Positions 8,864 through 17,663 of a DNA stretch of 64,000 nt are shown piece after piece. The notes beneath the pieces are model-generated. The model was given only the letters and a program-made list of their open reading frames with translations. It searched no databases and had not been told where the DNA came from. Numbering within the stretch: the stretch's first letter is position 1; each line of letters opens with the position of its first letter. A program made the translations under genes and the position numbers. Source of the stretch: a virus (lineage: Duplodnaviria > Caudoviricetes). The stretch is from positions 18,130 to 82,129 of IMG/VR virus record IMGVR_UViG_3300030708_002673, one strand, 5' to 3'.

Positions 8864-9016
8864 ATGGAACGAGACAAACTCAAACTAATCGTTTCCGACT
8901 TGGAAATGCTGCTTAGTGCCCTCAAAGCAGAGGTCTACTCAGATGTAGAAGCGTATCGCTTCGATCAGATTGACCCTGTTGAAATTGATTACGACGAAAC
9001 TTACGAAGGTCCATGA
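8864..9016 (+). CDS. Conserved cyanophage hypothetical protein (50 aa, not in ORF track)
   Basis: MERDKLKLIVSDLEMLLSALKAEVYSD; ATGA overlap with thyX. Confidence 0.75.
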   Translation: MERDKLKLIVSDLEMLLSALKAEVYSDVEAYRFDQIDPVEIDYDETYEGP

Positions 9017-9660
9017 GCGTCAAACTTATTAGCGTCACTCCCGATGCGGAGCAGACGATGGCATACATTGCCCGCGTAAGCAACCCTGCAAACCAAGAAA
9101 ACGAAAAGTATGCAGGACTTCTGAAGTATTGCATCAAGCACAATCATTGGAGTGTATTTGAACAGTCTTCAATGACACTAGAGATTCAAACTACACGTGC
9201 AATTTCAGCTCAAATATTGAGACATAGGAGCTTCACATTTCAAGAGTTTTCACAACGCTACGCTGATACTCAGCTCCTAAAGGATAACATTCCCCTGCCA
9301 AAGATGCGTCGGCAGGATACAAAGAACAGACAGAACTCTATTGATGATCTGGATGAATATATTGTCCAGAGACTAGAGTTGCAGATGCAAACGCTGTTCT
9401 CTTCTGCTCAGGCACTGTACAACCAGATGCTGGATGCAGGTGTGGCAAAGGAGTGTGCAAGAAATGTGCTTCCTTTATGCTCGCCCACCAAAATGTACAT
9501 GACAGGATCATGTAGGTCATGGGCGCATTATATTGCCCTGCGTACTGCTAACGGTACACAGCAGGAGCACATGGACATCGCTAACGAGTGTAAGGAGATC
9601 TTCATCGAACAATTCCCTGCTGTTAGTGAGGCACTGGAATGGGTCGAATCTGCGGAATAA
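9013..9660 (+). CDS. thyX: FAD-dependent thymidylate synthase
   Basis: RHRSFTFQEFSQRY ThyX motif, HWSVFEQ, KECARNVLP. Confidence 0.96.
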   Translation: MSVKLISVTPDAEQTMAYIARVSNPANQENEKYAGLLKYCIKHNHWSVFEQSSMTLEIQTTRAISAQILRHRSFTFQEFSQRYADTQLLKDNIPLPKMRRQDTKNRQNSIDDLDEYIVQRLELQMQTLFSSAQALYNQMLDAGVAKECARNVLPLCSPTKMYMTGSCRSWAHYIALRTANGTQQEHMDIANECKEIFIEQFPAVSEALEWVESAE

Positions 9661-10631
9661 ATCTTTCACACAATGGATCTCTTGCCATCCTTGAGGATGG
9701 GGAGGTCCAATTTTATGTGGAGGAGGAGAGATTGAGTCGTGTCAAGCGGGACAGGTCTGCCTACACTGCTGCGACTCAATTTTTAGATGATTCTATTGAC
9801 GTGGTCACCATCAGTGACTGCTTCACCAAATATAACTTAGAAAAATACCTGCTTAGAACCAAGCAGGCAAACAAAATCATCGACCTGGTCAAGGAAAGGG
9901 GACTTCCTCTCAAGGATTATCGTGACAGGCATCATGAATGTCATGCAGCGAACGCCTACTACAACTCTGGGTTCGATAATGCTGCTGTCATTGTCATGGA
10001 TGGCAAAGGTTCCCTCCATCCACACAAGGACTGGAAGTTCTGTGAGACTGAAAGCATCTATGATGTAAGCAATGGTAAGTTCGAGTCAGTCTTCAAACAC
10101 TACTCAACATTCTGGAGTGAAGAGGAGTCTAAGAAGTTAGGTTCTTCCTTCTGGGATGGTAGAAACTTCTACAGCAACAGGACCAGCGTCGGTCAGGCAT
10201 ACCGCAGGGTGTCACGATACTGTGGGTTTGATGAGACACATGCTGGTAAAACCATGGGTCTGTCAACGTATGGTGCAGCACCTGAAGACCTGTTCGAGAT
10301 TCACAATGGACACAGCGTGTGCTCCACTGAACTCAGTGCAGAAGGTAACACTACTCGTTACACAGGCATTGAATACCACCCTGAAGACTTAGCATACCGA
10401 CTCCAGAAGTCTGCTGAGAAGCATGCCTTATTCATGTTGGAGAAGGCGTATGAGTTGACCGGCAGGGAGAATGTGGTACTGACAGGAGGATTCTTCCTCA
10501 ACTGCATTGCCAACTACCAACTCCTGAAGAGTGGCATAAATCTCTATGTAGATCCACTTGCATATGATGGCGGACTCGCCATTGGTTCTGCCCTTTTAGA
10601 ACATTATGAGAACACTTTATCTCGGTCCTGA
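9639..10631 (+). CDS. Carbamoyltransferase (NodU/CmcH/TobZ) N-terminal Kae1-like domain, copy 1
   Basis: GINLSHNGS, EERLSRVK, HHECHA, MDGKG, GKTMGL, LTGGFFLNC, DGGLAIG. Confidence 0.88.
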   Translation: MGRICGINLSHNGSLAILEDGEVQFYVEEERLSRVKRDRSAYTAATQFLDDSIDVVTISDCFTKYNLEKYLLRTKQANKIIDLVKERGLPLKDYRDRHHECHAANAYYNSGFDNAAVIVMDGKGSLHPHKDWKFCETESIYDVSNGKFESVFKHYSTFWSEEESKKLGSSFWDGRNFYSNRTSVGQAYRRVSRYCGFDETHAGKTMGLSTYGAAPEDLFEIHNGHSVCSTELSAEGNTTRYTGIEYHPEDLAYRLQKSAEKHALFMLEKAYELTGRENVVLTGGFFLNCIANYQLLKSGINLYVDPLAYDGGLAIGSALLEHYENTLSRS

Positions 10632-11202
10632 ATACGATCTCTCCTCAATCAAAGGCGAGGATGTAACTTACGATGATGTAGCAGAGATCATTGCAGGTAG
10701 AGAACTAGTTGCTCTGTTCCAAGGTAGGTCAGAGGCAGGTCCTCGTGCCCTTGGCAATCGCTCTTTGCTTTATGACCCTCGTGATCATGAAGCACAGAAA
10801 GTAGTAAACAAAATCAAAAAGCGTGAGGAGTGGAGACCATTTGCTGCCAGCGTCATGCTTGAGTATGCGAATGATTGGTTTGACATGCAGGGACTCGACG
10901 AGTCACCCTTCATGATGTATGCCATGGATGCACGTCCACCTGGTTGGCATCTAATCCCAGGTGTCCTGCACATCGACAAGACTTGTCGCATCCAAACTGT
11001 TACTGAGCAACAGAACGAGCACTATTACAAACTGATCCGTGCATTCTGGGACAGGACGAGCATCCCAATGCTGTTCAACACTTCGTTCAACCTGGCAGGT
11101 CAACCTCTGGTAGAGACACCGCAAGATGCATTCGCTACCTTCAACATGTCAGACATACCTTACCTTTACTTCCCAGAGATCGGAAAGCTGGTACGAAAAT
11201 GA
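10606..11202 (+). CDS. Carbamoyltransferase C-terminal YrdC-like domain
   Basis: YLGP, FQGRSEAGPRALGNRS, KKREEWRPFA, NTSFNLAGQP. Confidence 0.92.
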   Translation: MRTLYLGPEYDLSSIKGEDVTYDDVAEIIAGRELVALFQGRSEAGPRALGNRSLLYDPRDHEAQKVVNKIKKREEWRPFAASVMLEYANDWFDMQGLDESPFMMYAMDARPPGWHLIPGVLHIDKTCRIQTVTEQQNEHYYKLIRAFWDRTSIPMLFNTSFNLAGQPLVETPQDAFATFNMSDIPYLYFPEIGKLVRK

Positions 11203-12014
11203 CCTTTGAGTTACCGGAAACTGGAAAAAAAACTCGGGCAAAAAATTTGCTCCTAGGGTTGAACCTATCCAACAATGGTTCGGCATGTGTTTTAGAGGAT
11301 GGTAAACCTGTCTGGTACCTGGAGGCAGAGCGTGCTTCCTATGTCAAGTATGACTATGACATCAGGATTCTCCTGGACAGGTTGCCCAAGGGCATAGAGC
11401 ACATTGCTCTGGCAGATTCCTTTTGGCAGCGAGGTAACAAGCAGGTCGATAACGTCAAGATGTTGTCTGCTGTCAAGAAAAAGTTCCCCGGTGCCACACT
11501 GTATGACTACAGGAAGAAGCACCACATGACGCATGCAGCGTGTGGTTTCTACAACTCTGGGTTCACCAGTGCCACCTGCATTGTGGTTGATTCCAACGGA
11601 TCAAAGACACCAGATGGACTAGAGATTGAGTCTGTCTTCTTTGCTCCCACCTGGGACACCATTCACAAGACGATGTTCTCTCCTGACAACATAGGTTTTG
11701 GTAGGAGATTTGAAGAGGCATGTGTCCACTATGGGTGGCACTACATGGATGCAGGTAAGGTCATGGGCAAGAGTGCATATGATTCTGAACCTGCCAAGTC
11801 TCTACAGGCAGAGTGGGAGGAGAGGGTGCTGGATCTGATCTGTACGGCACCTACAAAGGACATTGTTCTGGCAGGTGGATGCTTCCTGAACTGTGTAGCA
11901 AACTACAAAGCACTCAAAAGATTCCCTGACTACAGGTTCTATGCAGAACCACTAGCGAATGATGGAGGCACTGCTATGGGTGCTGCTTACTTGGCATATC
12001 ATGGCATCGATTGA
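11199..12014 (+). CDS. Carbamoyltransferase N-terminal domain, copy 2
   Basis: GLNLSNNGS, EAER, HHMTHA, AGKVMG, LAGGCFLNC, NDGGTAMGAA. Confidence 0.82.
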   Translation: MTFELPETGKKTRAKNLLLGLNLSNNGSACVLEDGKPVWYLEAERASYVKYDYDIRILLDRLPKGIEHIALADSFWQRGNKQVDNVKMLSAVKKKFPGATLYDYRKKHHMTHAACGFYNSGFTSATCIVVDSNGSKTPDGLEIESVFFAPTWDTIHKTMFSPDNIGFGRRFEEACVHYGWHYMDAGKVMGKSAYDSEPAKSLQAEWEERVLDLICTAPTKDIVLAGGCFLNCVANYKALKRFPDYRFYAEPLANDGGTAMGAAYLAYHGID

Positions 12015-12792
12015 CATCCTAGACATCAGTGCATCGATTGGATGTAACCTTCAGTGCAAAGGTTGCAACCATTTCAGTAATTATTTTGCTCCTGGTAGCA
12101 AGATTGATACGGATAGTTTACTCAAAGATATTGAAACGCTATTGCCCAGGGTAAATATTGGTAGGGTATCTGTTATTGGTGGTGAACCCCTACTGAATCC
12201 ACGTTGCAGAGAGATTCTCGATGCATGTACAGCAAACACTGATTCTCCTGTTTATCTATACAGCAATGGTCTATTGCTCCTGGAGAATGAAACGTGGATC
12301 AAAGAGGTCTTAGAGAATCCTCAAGTGTTCCTTAGGATCAGCATTCATTTAGAAAGAGTAGAAGATATCATCAAAGAGTTCAACCATCCCAAGGTTCTCG
12401 TCACTGAGCACCACACAGGTAAGGATAGGTGGTTCAACTCAATCAAGAAGAGGGATGGCAAGGTCTACCCTTACACCCACAAGAATCCAGCAAAGAGTTT
12501 CAAGGTGTGCTCCTGCCCCAACGCACAGTTGTATGGAGGAAGACTATGGAAGTGTCCTAACACAGCATTCCTGAGGGAACTATTGTATGTAACAGAACAG
12601 CAGGATGATCCTGAGTGGCAGGAGTATCTTGTCGATGGTCTTCCTGTTACTTGCAGTGATGATGAGTTGACAAAATTCTGTAGTAATAGTAAACTACCTG
12701 AGAGTGTATGTAACATGTGTACTGCCAAACCAATAAAGTTCAGTGCTGCACTGCAAGAACGCAGTAAACGAAAGGTCATTCTTCCAAAATAA
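12001..12792 (+). CDS. Radical SAM protein
   Basis: CNLQCKGCNH, GGEPLL, CPNAQLYGGRLWKCP; start moved to MASID (12001). Confidence 0.9.
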   Translation: MASIDILDISASIGCNLQCKGCNHFSNYFAPGSKIDTDSLLKDIETLLPRVNIGRVSVIGGEPLLNPRCREILDACTANTDSPVYLYSNGLLLLENETWIKEVLENPQVFLRISIHLERVEDIIKEFNHPKVLVTEHHTGKDRWFNSIKKRDGKVYPYTHKNPAKSFKVCSCPNAQLYGGRLWKCPNTAFLRELLYVTEQQDDPEWQEYLVDGLPVTCSDDELTKFCSNSKLPESVCNMCTAKPIKFSAALQERSKRKVILPK

Positions 12793-12813
12793 ATACCCAA
12801 AACTACCCCCCAC

Positions 12814-13065
12814 ATGCCAACATACCCCGTAAAAAATTTAGAAACAGGTGAGACAAAGGAATTGTCCATGACTGTCGCTGAGTATGATCAGTGGAAGAAA
12901 GACAATCCTGCCTGGGATAAAGACTGGTCTAAAGGTGTTGCCTCTGCCGTTAGTGGCACAGGTGATGTCTATAGCAGAACTGATGGCGGATGGAACGAAG
13001 TCCTGTCAAAGGTTGCACAAGTCCCCGGTTCCAAAGTCAAACCCCAGAAAACTACCCATTCATGA
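12814..13065 (+). CDS. Conserved T4-like cyanophage small protein (MPTY family)
   Basis: MPTYPVKNLETGE...GWNEVLSKV; TAAATA at 12790-12795; usual position before phoH. Confidence 0.75.
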   Translation: MPTYPVKNLETGETKELSMTVAEYDQWKKDNPAWDKDWSKGVASAVSGTGDVYSRTDGGWNEVLSKVAQVPGSKVKPQKTTHS

Positions 13066-13817
13066 CCGCACGTCGTAAGAAAATTTCGTCATCTGTTGGT
13101 GCTGGTATGACTGCTAAGCAAATGCGACGCAAGAAACCAATCAATTCTGATTCGATGGTAGAGATCCTACCAATCACCGACAATCAGGAGACAGTCTTTC
13201 AGAAGTACAAGGAAGATCAGAACCTGTTTCTGTATGGGTGTGCTGGCACGGGTAAGACATTTATCACTCTCTACCTGGCATTGAGGGATGTACTTGATCC
13301 CCTGACCCAATACAACAAGGTCGTTCTTGTTCGCTCGTTGGTGTCTACTCGGGAGATTGGTTTTCTTCCTGGTGATCATGAGGATAAGTCTGCTCTTTAC
13401 CAGATTCCTTACAAGAATATGGTGAAGTACATGTTCGAGATGCCTACGGACAATGACTTTGAGATGCTCTGGGGTAACCTCAAGACACAGGAGTCAGTGA
13501 CGTTCTGGTCTACTAGTTTCATCCGTGGTACCACACTGGATGATGCTATTATTATCGTAGATGAGTCTCAGAACCTGAACTTCCACGAACTTGACAGTAT
13601 CATCACCCGTGTTGGTGAAGGTTCTAAGATCATGTTCTGTGGTGACGTAGCACAGACTGACCTTGTCAAGACCAATGAGAAGAATGGAATCCTAGATTTC
13701 ATGAAGATCATTCAGCGTATGCCTGAGTTTGATGCCATTGAATTTGGTATCGAAGACATCGTCCGCTCTGGTCTTGTCAAGTCTTATCTCACCAGCAAAA
13801 TCGAACTTGGTATGTGA
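13062..13817 (+). CDS. phoH: PhoH-like ATPase
   Basis: GCAGTGKT, IGFLPG, FIRGTTL, DESQN, GDVAQTDL; start moved to 13062. Confidence 0.96.
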   Translation: MTARRKKISSSVGAGMTAKQMRRKKPINSDSMVEILPITDNQETVFQKYKEDQNLFLYGCAGTGKTFITLYLALRDVLDPLTQYNKVVLVRSLVSTREIGFLPGDHEDKSALYQIPYKNMVKYMFEMPTDNDFEMLWGNLKTQESVTFWSTSFIRGTTLDDAIIIVDESQNLNFHELDSIITRVGEGSKIMFCGDVAQTDLVKTNEKNGILDFMKIIQRMPEFDAIEFGIEDIVRSGLVKSYLTSKIELGM

Positions 13818-14482
13818 TGTTTGATCATGTAGAATGTGAACTTCCGCGACTCTCGCGGAAGAATATTGATGGAGTTCGTTTCTACACAGTCAATGAGAGA
13901 CCGATGGTGTCCATCACCTCGGTCACTTCTCATTGGAATGCTAAGAAGTTTGTAGAGTGGCGGAAGCGTGTCGGTGATGAAGAAGCAAACCGCATCACCA
14001 AGCGTGCCACCAGTCGTGGTACTGAATGTCACGAGTTGATCGAGACATTCATGCTGAATAAAGAGGTTCAATATAAGAATCCTGGACCGAAGATGCTCTT
14101 CCTCCAGGCGAAGAAGACGTTGGAAAAGATAAATAATATCTACGCATTAGAAAAAAGTCTCTACAGCGAAGAGCTTGGGGTAGCAGGCACAGTAGATTGC
14201 ATCGCTGAGTACGAAGGCGAGCTTGCTATCATTGACTTCAAAACATCAGCAAAACCTAAACCTAGATCTTGGATTGAAGGTTACTTTGTACAGGCAGCTG
14301 CATATGCTTGTATGTTCTTCGAGCGTACTGGTATTCCCGTCAAAAAACTTGTCATCATTATGACATGTGAGAACGGAGAGGTGCAAGTATACGAAGAGTA
14401 TGATAAAATGAAATATATGAAACTTCTTGTTCTATACATCGAGAAATTCGTTGAAGAAAAAATCACAGCACTCCAAGTCTGA
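13814..14482 (+). CDS. PD-(D/E)XK exonuclease
   Basis: RGTECH, AGTVDCIAEY, IIDFKTS, QAAAYA. Confidence 0.9.
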   Translation: MMFDHVECELPRLSRKNIDGVRFYTVNERPMVSITSVTSHWNAKKFVEWRKRVGDEEANRITKRATSRGTECHELIETFMLNKEVQYKNPGPKMLFLQAKKTLEKINNIYALEKSLYSEELGVAGTVDCIAEYEGELAIIDFKTSAKPKPRSWIEGYFVQAAAYACMFFERTGIPVKKLVIIMTCENGEVQVYEEYDKMKYMKLLVLYIEKFVEEKITALQV

Positions 14483-14483
14483 A

Positions 14484-14732
14484 ATGAAATCAATTTTGAA
14501 GAGTAAGTTCTTGTGTCAAGACAAGTTCACGAATGACATTGAGAACTTAGTCAAAGACAATGCTGACATGAACTACATCGAGGCGATTTGTTTCTATTGT
14601 GAGACAAACAACATCGAGATCGAGTCAGTGTCTAATCTCATCACCAAACCCTTGAAAGAAAAACTCAAAGGGAATGCGATGAACCTAAATTATTTGAAGA
14701 GGACATCCAGAGCAAAGTTCTTTAGTATCTAA
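14484..14732 (+). CDS. gp33: Late transcription coactivator gp33
   Basis: NYIEAICFYCE...KPLKEKL...LNYLK; synteny. Confidence 0.88.
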   Translation: MKSILKSKFLCQDKFTNDIENLVKDNADMNYIEAICFYCETNNIEIESVSNLITKPLKEKLKGNAMNLNYLKRTSRAKFFSI

Positions 14733-15808
14733 TGGACAAACGAGAGTTCAAACTATCTCAGATCAAGAGTCACCTATCAGTAGAGAGACTTCGAGAAGTA
14801 TCTGAGAGTGTGGACTTCGTTAGACAACAGAAAGGATTCTGGACAACAAACTTCAAGCAGGTTACTCCTGAAGAGATTGCATCTCTTGAGGCGGAGCGAC
14901 CTACCACAAGACTGTTGAGCATACATGTCATCAACGGATGCAACCTGGCATGTCGTGCGTGTAACCATAACAGTAGTCTTCTTGGTGTCAAGAGTGGGGT
15001 AGACATCGATGCTTTGATGGAAGACATCAAAGAATTCTTGCCCAAAGTATATGTGTGGAGTCATATCAGCATCATTGGTGGTGAACCTTTACTAGAACCA
15101 CGTACCAGAGAGGTCGTGAAGGTCACCAGAGAGGTCGCAGAGGCAACGGGGCAGACCTGTAACATAAAACTGTTTAGCAACGGTTCACGCCTCTTACAGG
15201 AGCAGGAGTGGATCGCTGATGAAATGTTGAAAGGTGTCAACTTCAGACTCACTTTTCATAAACCCTGGTACACTGAGCAAGGATCAGTGAACTGGTGTAA
15301 TGCTGCAAAGTTCATCAGGTATCTTCAGTCCAGAGACGTGGACATCGATAACCTGTTGGAGTTCAGTGAAGCATTCCGTCAACTGGATGGCAAACCCAGG
15401 CAGTGGTTTGACATCGTGCGGTACGAGATCACAAAAGATCAGATCAAATACTATCCATTCGAGGAAGGGAATCCTGAAGAAAGTTTTCAGCATTGCACCT
15501 GTCCCAATAGTCAGTTGTATAATGGACACCTGTGGAAGTGTCCCATGATCTCTTACCTCAGGGAATCATTGGATGCCACAGATCAACTCAATGATCCTGA
15601 ATGGCAGAAGTATCTGGCGTACAAACCCACCAGCATCTCTGCTTCCACAGATGACATCCGAGCATCGTTTGATGAGGTAACAAAACCTCATGAGATCTGC
15701 TCCATGTGTCCTCGCAACCCTGTGTGGTTCACAGCAACCAAACAGTTGGATGCGAAATTGAAAAAGAACGTCGCAATGCACGATGAAGCAACCTATGACA
15801 CCGTTTGA
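14732..15808 (+). CDS. Radical SAM protein, paralog of 12001-12792
   Basis: CNLACRACNH, GGEPLL, CPNSQLYNGHLWKCP, DPEWQKYL. Confidence 0.9.
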   Translation: MDKREFKLSQIKSHLSVERLREVSESVDFVRQQKGFWTTNFKQVTPEEIASLEAERPTTRLLSIHVINGCNLACRACNHNSSLLGVKSGVDIDALMEDIKEFLPKVYVWSHISIIGGEPLLEPRTREVVKVTREVAEATGQTCNIKLFSNGSRLLQEQEWIADEMLKGVNFRLTFHKPWYTEQGSVNWCNAAKFIRYLQSRDVDIDNLLEFSEAFRQLDGKPRQWFDIVRYEITKDQIKYYPFEEGNPEESFQHCTCPNSQLYNGHLWKCPMISYLRESLDATDQLNDPEWQKYLAYKPTSISASTDDIRASFDEVTKPHEICSMCPRNPVWFTATKQLDAKLKKNVAMHDEATYDTV

Positions 15809-16391
15809 TACTTACAAAGAGTATCTGGCGTACAAGAATCACTTCTCCAAGGAGAAGTATGATTACTTTGTGTATGGTGGCAAGTCCAGAGCAAGTCTTG
15901 ACTCCTTCTACAAGAGGAAGGACAGGTACTTCTTTGAGAAGACATCCAGGAAGTACAAGGACGAGGACATCCGAAACTTCTTCCTTGCTAACTTTGTGAG
16001 CACTGATAATCCACAGGGTCTGTGGATTGGTAACATCATCCGTGGTGGTGAGGGAGTTTACGTAGCGTGGCAGCGTCGTCAGCAGAGTTTGTTCTACAAC
16101 TTCAAGAGCACCAACAAAACCATGCTGGAACAGTATGGGTTGCAGGACTTCATTGAAGTAAAGGGTGGTCACCCACCACTCCTCAAAGAATATCTGGCAG
16201 GCAACCTCAGCATTGAGGAGGCAGTGATCTATGAGAAGTTGTTTGGATACTGTAAAGACTACGACAAGAAACTAGATGACCCGGTGTGGCATCAGATCGG
16301 AATGAAGATCAAAAAGTATCTACCGTTTCTAAATATTGACAAAGAAAAGTATCGCAAGCAAGTAATTGCTGAGGTCAACGATCAATTCTAA
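15795..16391 (+). CDS. gp59: Helicase loader gp59
   Basis: YLAYKNHF...YDYF...KRKDRYFFEK...FFLANFV. Confidence 0.92.
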   Translation: MTPFDTYKEYLAYKNHFSKEKYDYFVYGGKSRASLDSFYKRKDRYFFEKTSRKYKDEDIRNFFLANFVSTDNPQGLWIGNIIRGGEGVYVAWQRRQQSLFYNFKSTNKTMLEQYGLQDFIEVKGGHPPLLKEYLAGNLSIEEAVIYEKLFGYCKDYDKKLDDPVWHQIGMKIKKYLPFLNIDKEKYRKQVIAEVNDQF

Positions 16392-16720
16392 TGAGCAAAT
16401 TTTTTGAGAACGAGAATGTCCGCCGTGAAATGGAGGACATCTATGACATCCAAAAAGAACTGTACAATGTGATCATGCAGTTCCCCTCCATGTCTGATGC
16501 TGCGAAGTGGGAGCACATTGAAACGTTGAAGAGTTTGATTGAGAAGCAGCAGATCATGTGGACCAGGGTCTCGTACTCCGAAGACCCTGAAGCAGTTGAC
16601 ATGAAGAAAAAGATTCAGGAGTCTGCCAAACAGATTGGTTTTGGTAATGCAGACATGAATACTATCTTCAGCAACATGAAGAACACCTTGAACCTCATGC
16701 AGACCCAACTGAAGAGGTAA
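16391..16720 (+). CDS. Conserved cyanophage protein (DUF1825-like)
   Basis: FFENENVRREMEDI...QQIMWTRVSYSEDPEA; synteny after gp59. Confidence 0.7.
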   Translation: MSKFFENENVRREMEDIYDIQKELYNVIMQFPSMSDAAKWEHIETLKSLIEKQQIMWTRVSYSEDPEAVDMKKKIQESAKQIGFGNADMNTIFSNMKNTLNLMQTQLKR

Positions 16721-16743
16721 TAAATAAGTTTTTATTCACTCCT

Positions 16744-17016
16744 ATGATCTCTGTTTTATTTGTTGGTAAGGTGAAGGAGTTCACTGATGAATACAATGAA
16801 TACAATAACACCCTGCTGGATAGTGCACAAAAGATCCCAGGGTTTATTGGTATGGAAAGTGAGATGGTAGATGACATTGAAATCACCATCAGTCAGTGGC
16901 AGAGTGAAGATGACGTGCGGGAGTGGGCACGTGATCCAACGCACATGAAAGCAAAGCGAAGGGTCAAAAAGTGGTACCACTGGTACCGCGCTAAGCATTT
17001 TACGTCTAACCAATGA
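16744..17016 (+). CDS. ABM-family (antibiotic biosynthesis/heme-degrading) monooxygenase-like protein
   Basis: IPGFIGMES...ITISQWQSEDDVREW...HMKAK; ATAAATA at 16720-16726. Confidence 0.75.
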   Translation: MISVLFVGKVKEFTDEYNEYNNTLLDSAQKIPGFIGMESEMVDDIEITISQWQSEDDVREWARDPTHMKAKRRVKKWYHWYRAKHFTSNQ

Positions 17017-17240
17017 ACGACGACGATCTGTATCCCGTATTTGAGGATGATTGGTATGCATCCTTGAATATGGGCATACAGGAACTCCGTATGTTGTACG
17101 ACCATATCGAGTATTCAATCAAGATGTGGCCGGGTTCTCCTGCTCGTCCGGCAGAGGAGCAAGAATATCTTCACAGATTGAGATCAAGAATTGCAAGTGT
17201 AATAATGCAATACAATTTTGACATGCTGGAAATGGAGTGA
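17013..17240 (+). CDS. Conserved cyanophage hypothetical protein
   Basis: WPGSPARPAEEQEYL motif. Confidence 0.7.
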   Translation: MNDDDLYPVFEDDWYASLNMGIQELRMLYDHIEYSIKMWPGSPARPAEEQEYLHRLRSRIASVIMQYNFDMLEME

Positions 17241-17244
17241 TAGA

Positions 17245-17607
17245 ATGCACTTGTATCATGCATTCCGCACTGAAATGGCAAAGGGTTTCAAAGAACTTCG
17301 GAACGTAAAACCACGTCCCGATCTGACACCACAGACCACTGCCCTTGAGACTCCGGACAAAGACAAAAAGAAACCTCAAACCTTGCTGAACAGCAAGCAC
17401 CTTGCCTTTGATAAAGATGGCAATGTGGTAAACCCAAGGGATCTGAGAGAGAAAGAAGCATTGGAAACGAGTAAGCGTATGAATGTGATCCTTGCCACTG
17501 GACTGCTGTTCATTGTCTTTGGTCAGATCTATCTTGGTTCTGCCATCAATGGCATGACAAGAACCATCACTCGTCTTGCTGAAACTTCCTTGACAGGTGC
17601 TAAATAA
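17245..17607 (+). CDS. Hypothetical protein with C-terminal TM helix
   Basis: ORF; LLFIVFGQIYLGS helix. Confidence 0.6.
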   Translation: MHLYHAFRTEMAKGFKELRNVKPRPDLTPQTTALETPDKDKKKPQTLLNSKHLAFDKDGNVVNPRDLREKEALETSKRMNVILATGLLFIVFGQIYLGSAINGMTRTITRLAETSLTGAK

Positions 17608-17618
17608 ACCGCTATATT
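17590..17618 (+). promoter_or_regulatory. Sigma70-type promoter with nested late TAAATA, upstream of gp32
   Basis: TTGACA-N17-TATATT; TAAATA at 17601-17606. Confidence 0.7.
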
Positions 17619-17663
17619 ATGTAAGCGGTGACAATCTTACAAATCCACCGAATCTAATCCAAT

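Noticed and set aside
10606-10631. Programmed frameshift fusing the carbamoyltransferase halves
   Set aside because: No recognisable slippery site, and the C gene has its own ATG; separate genes are more parsimonious, though not excluded.
13814-14482. Cas4/CRISPR association
   Set aside because: Standard T4-like cyanophage exonuclease in conserved synteny; no array or other cas genes.
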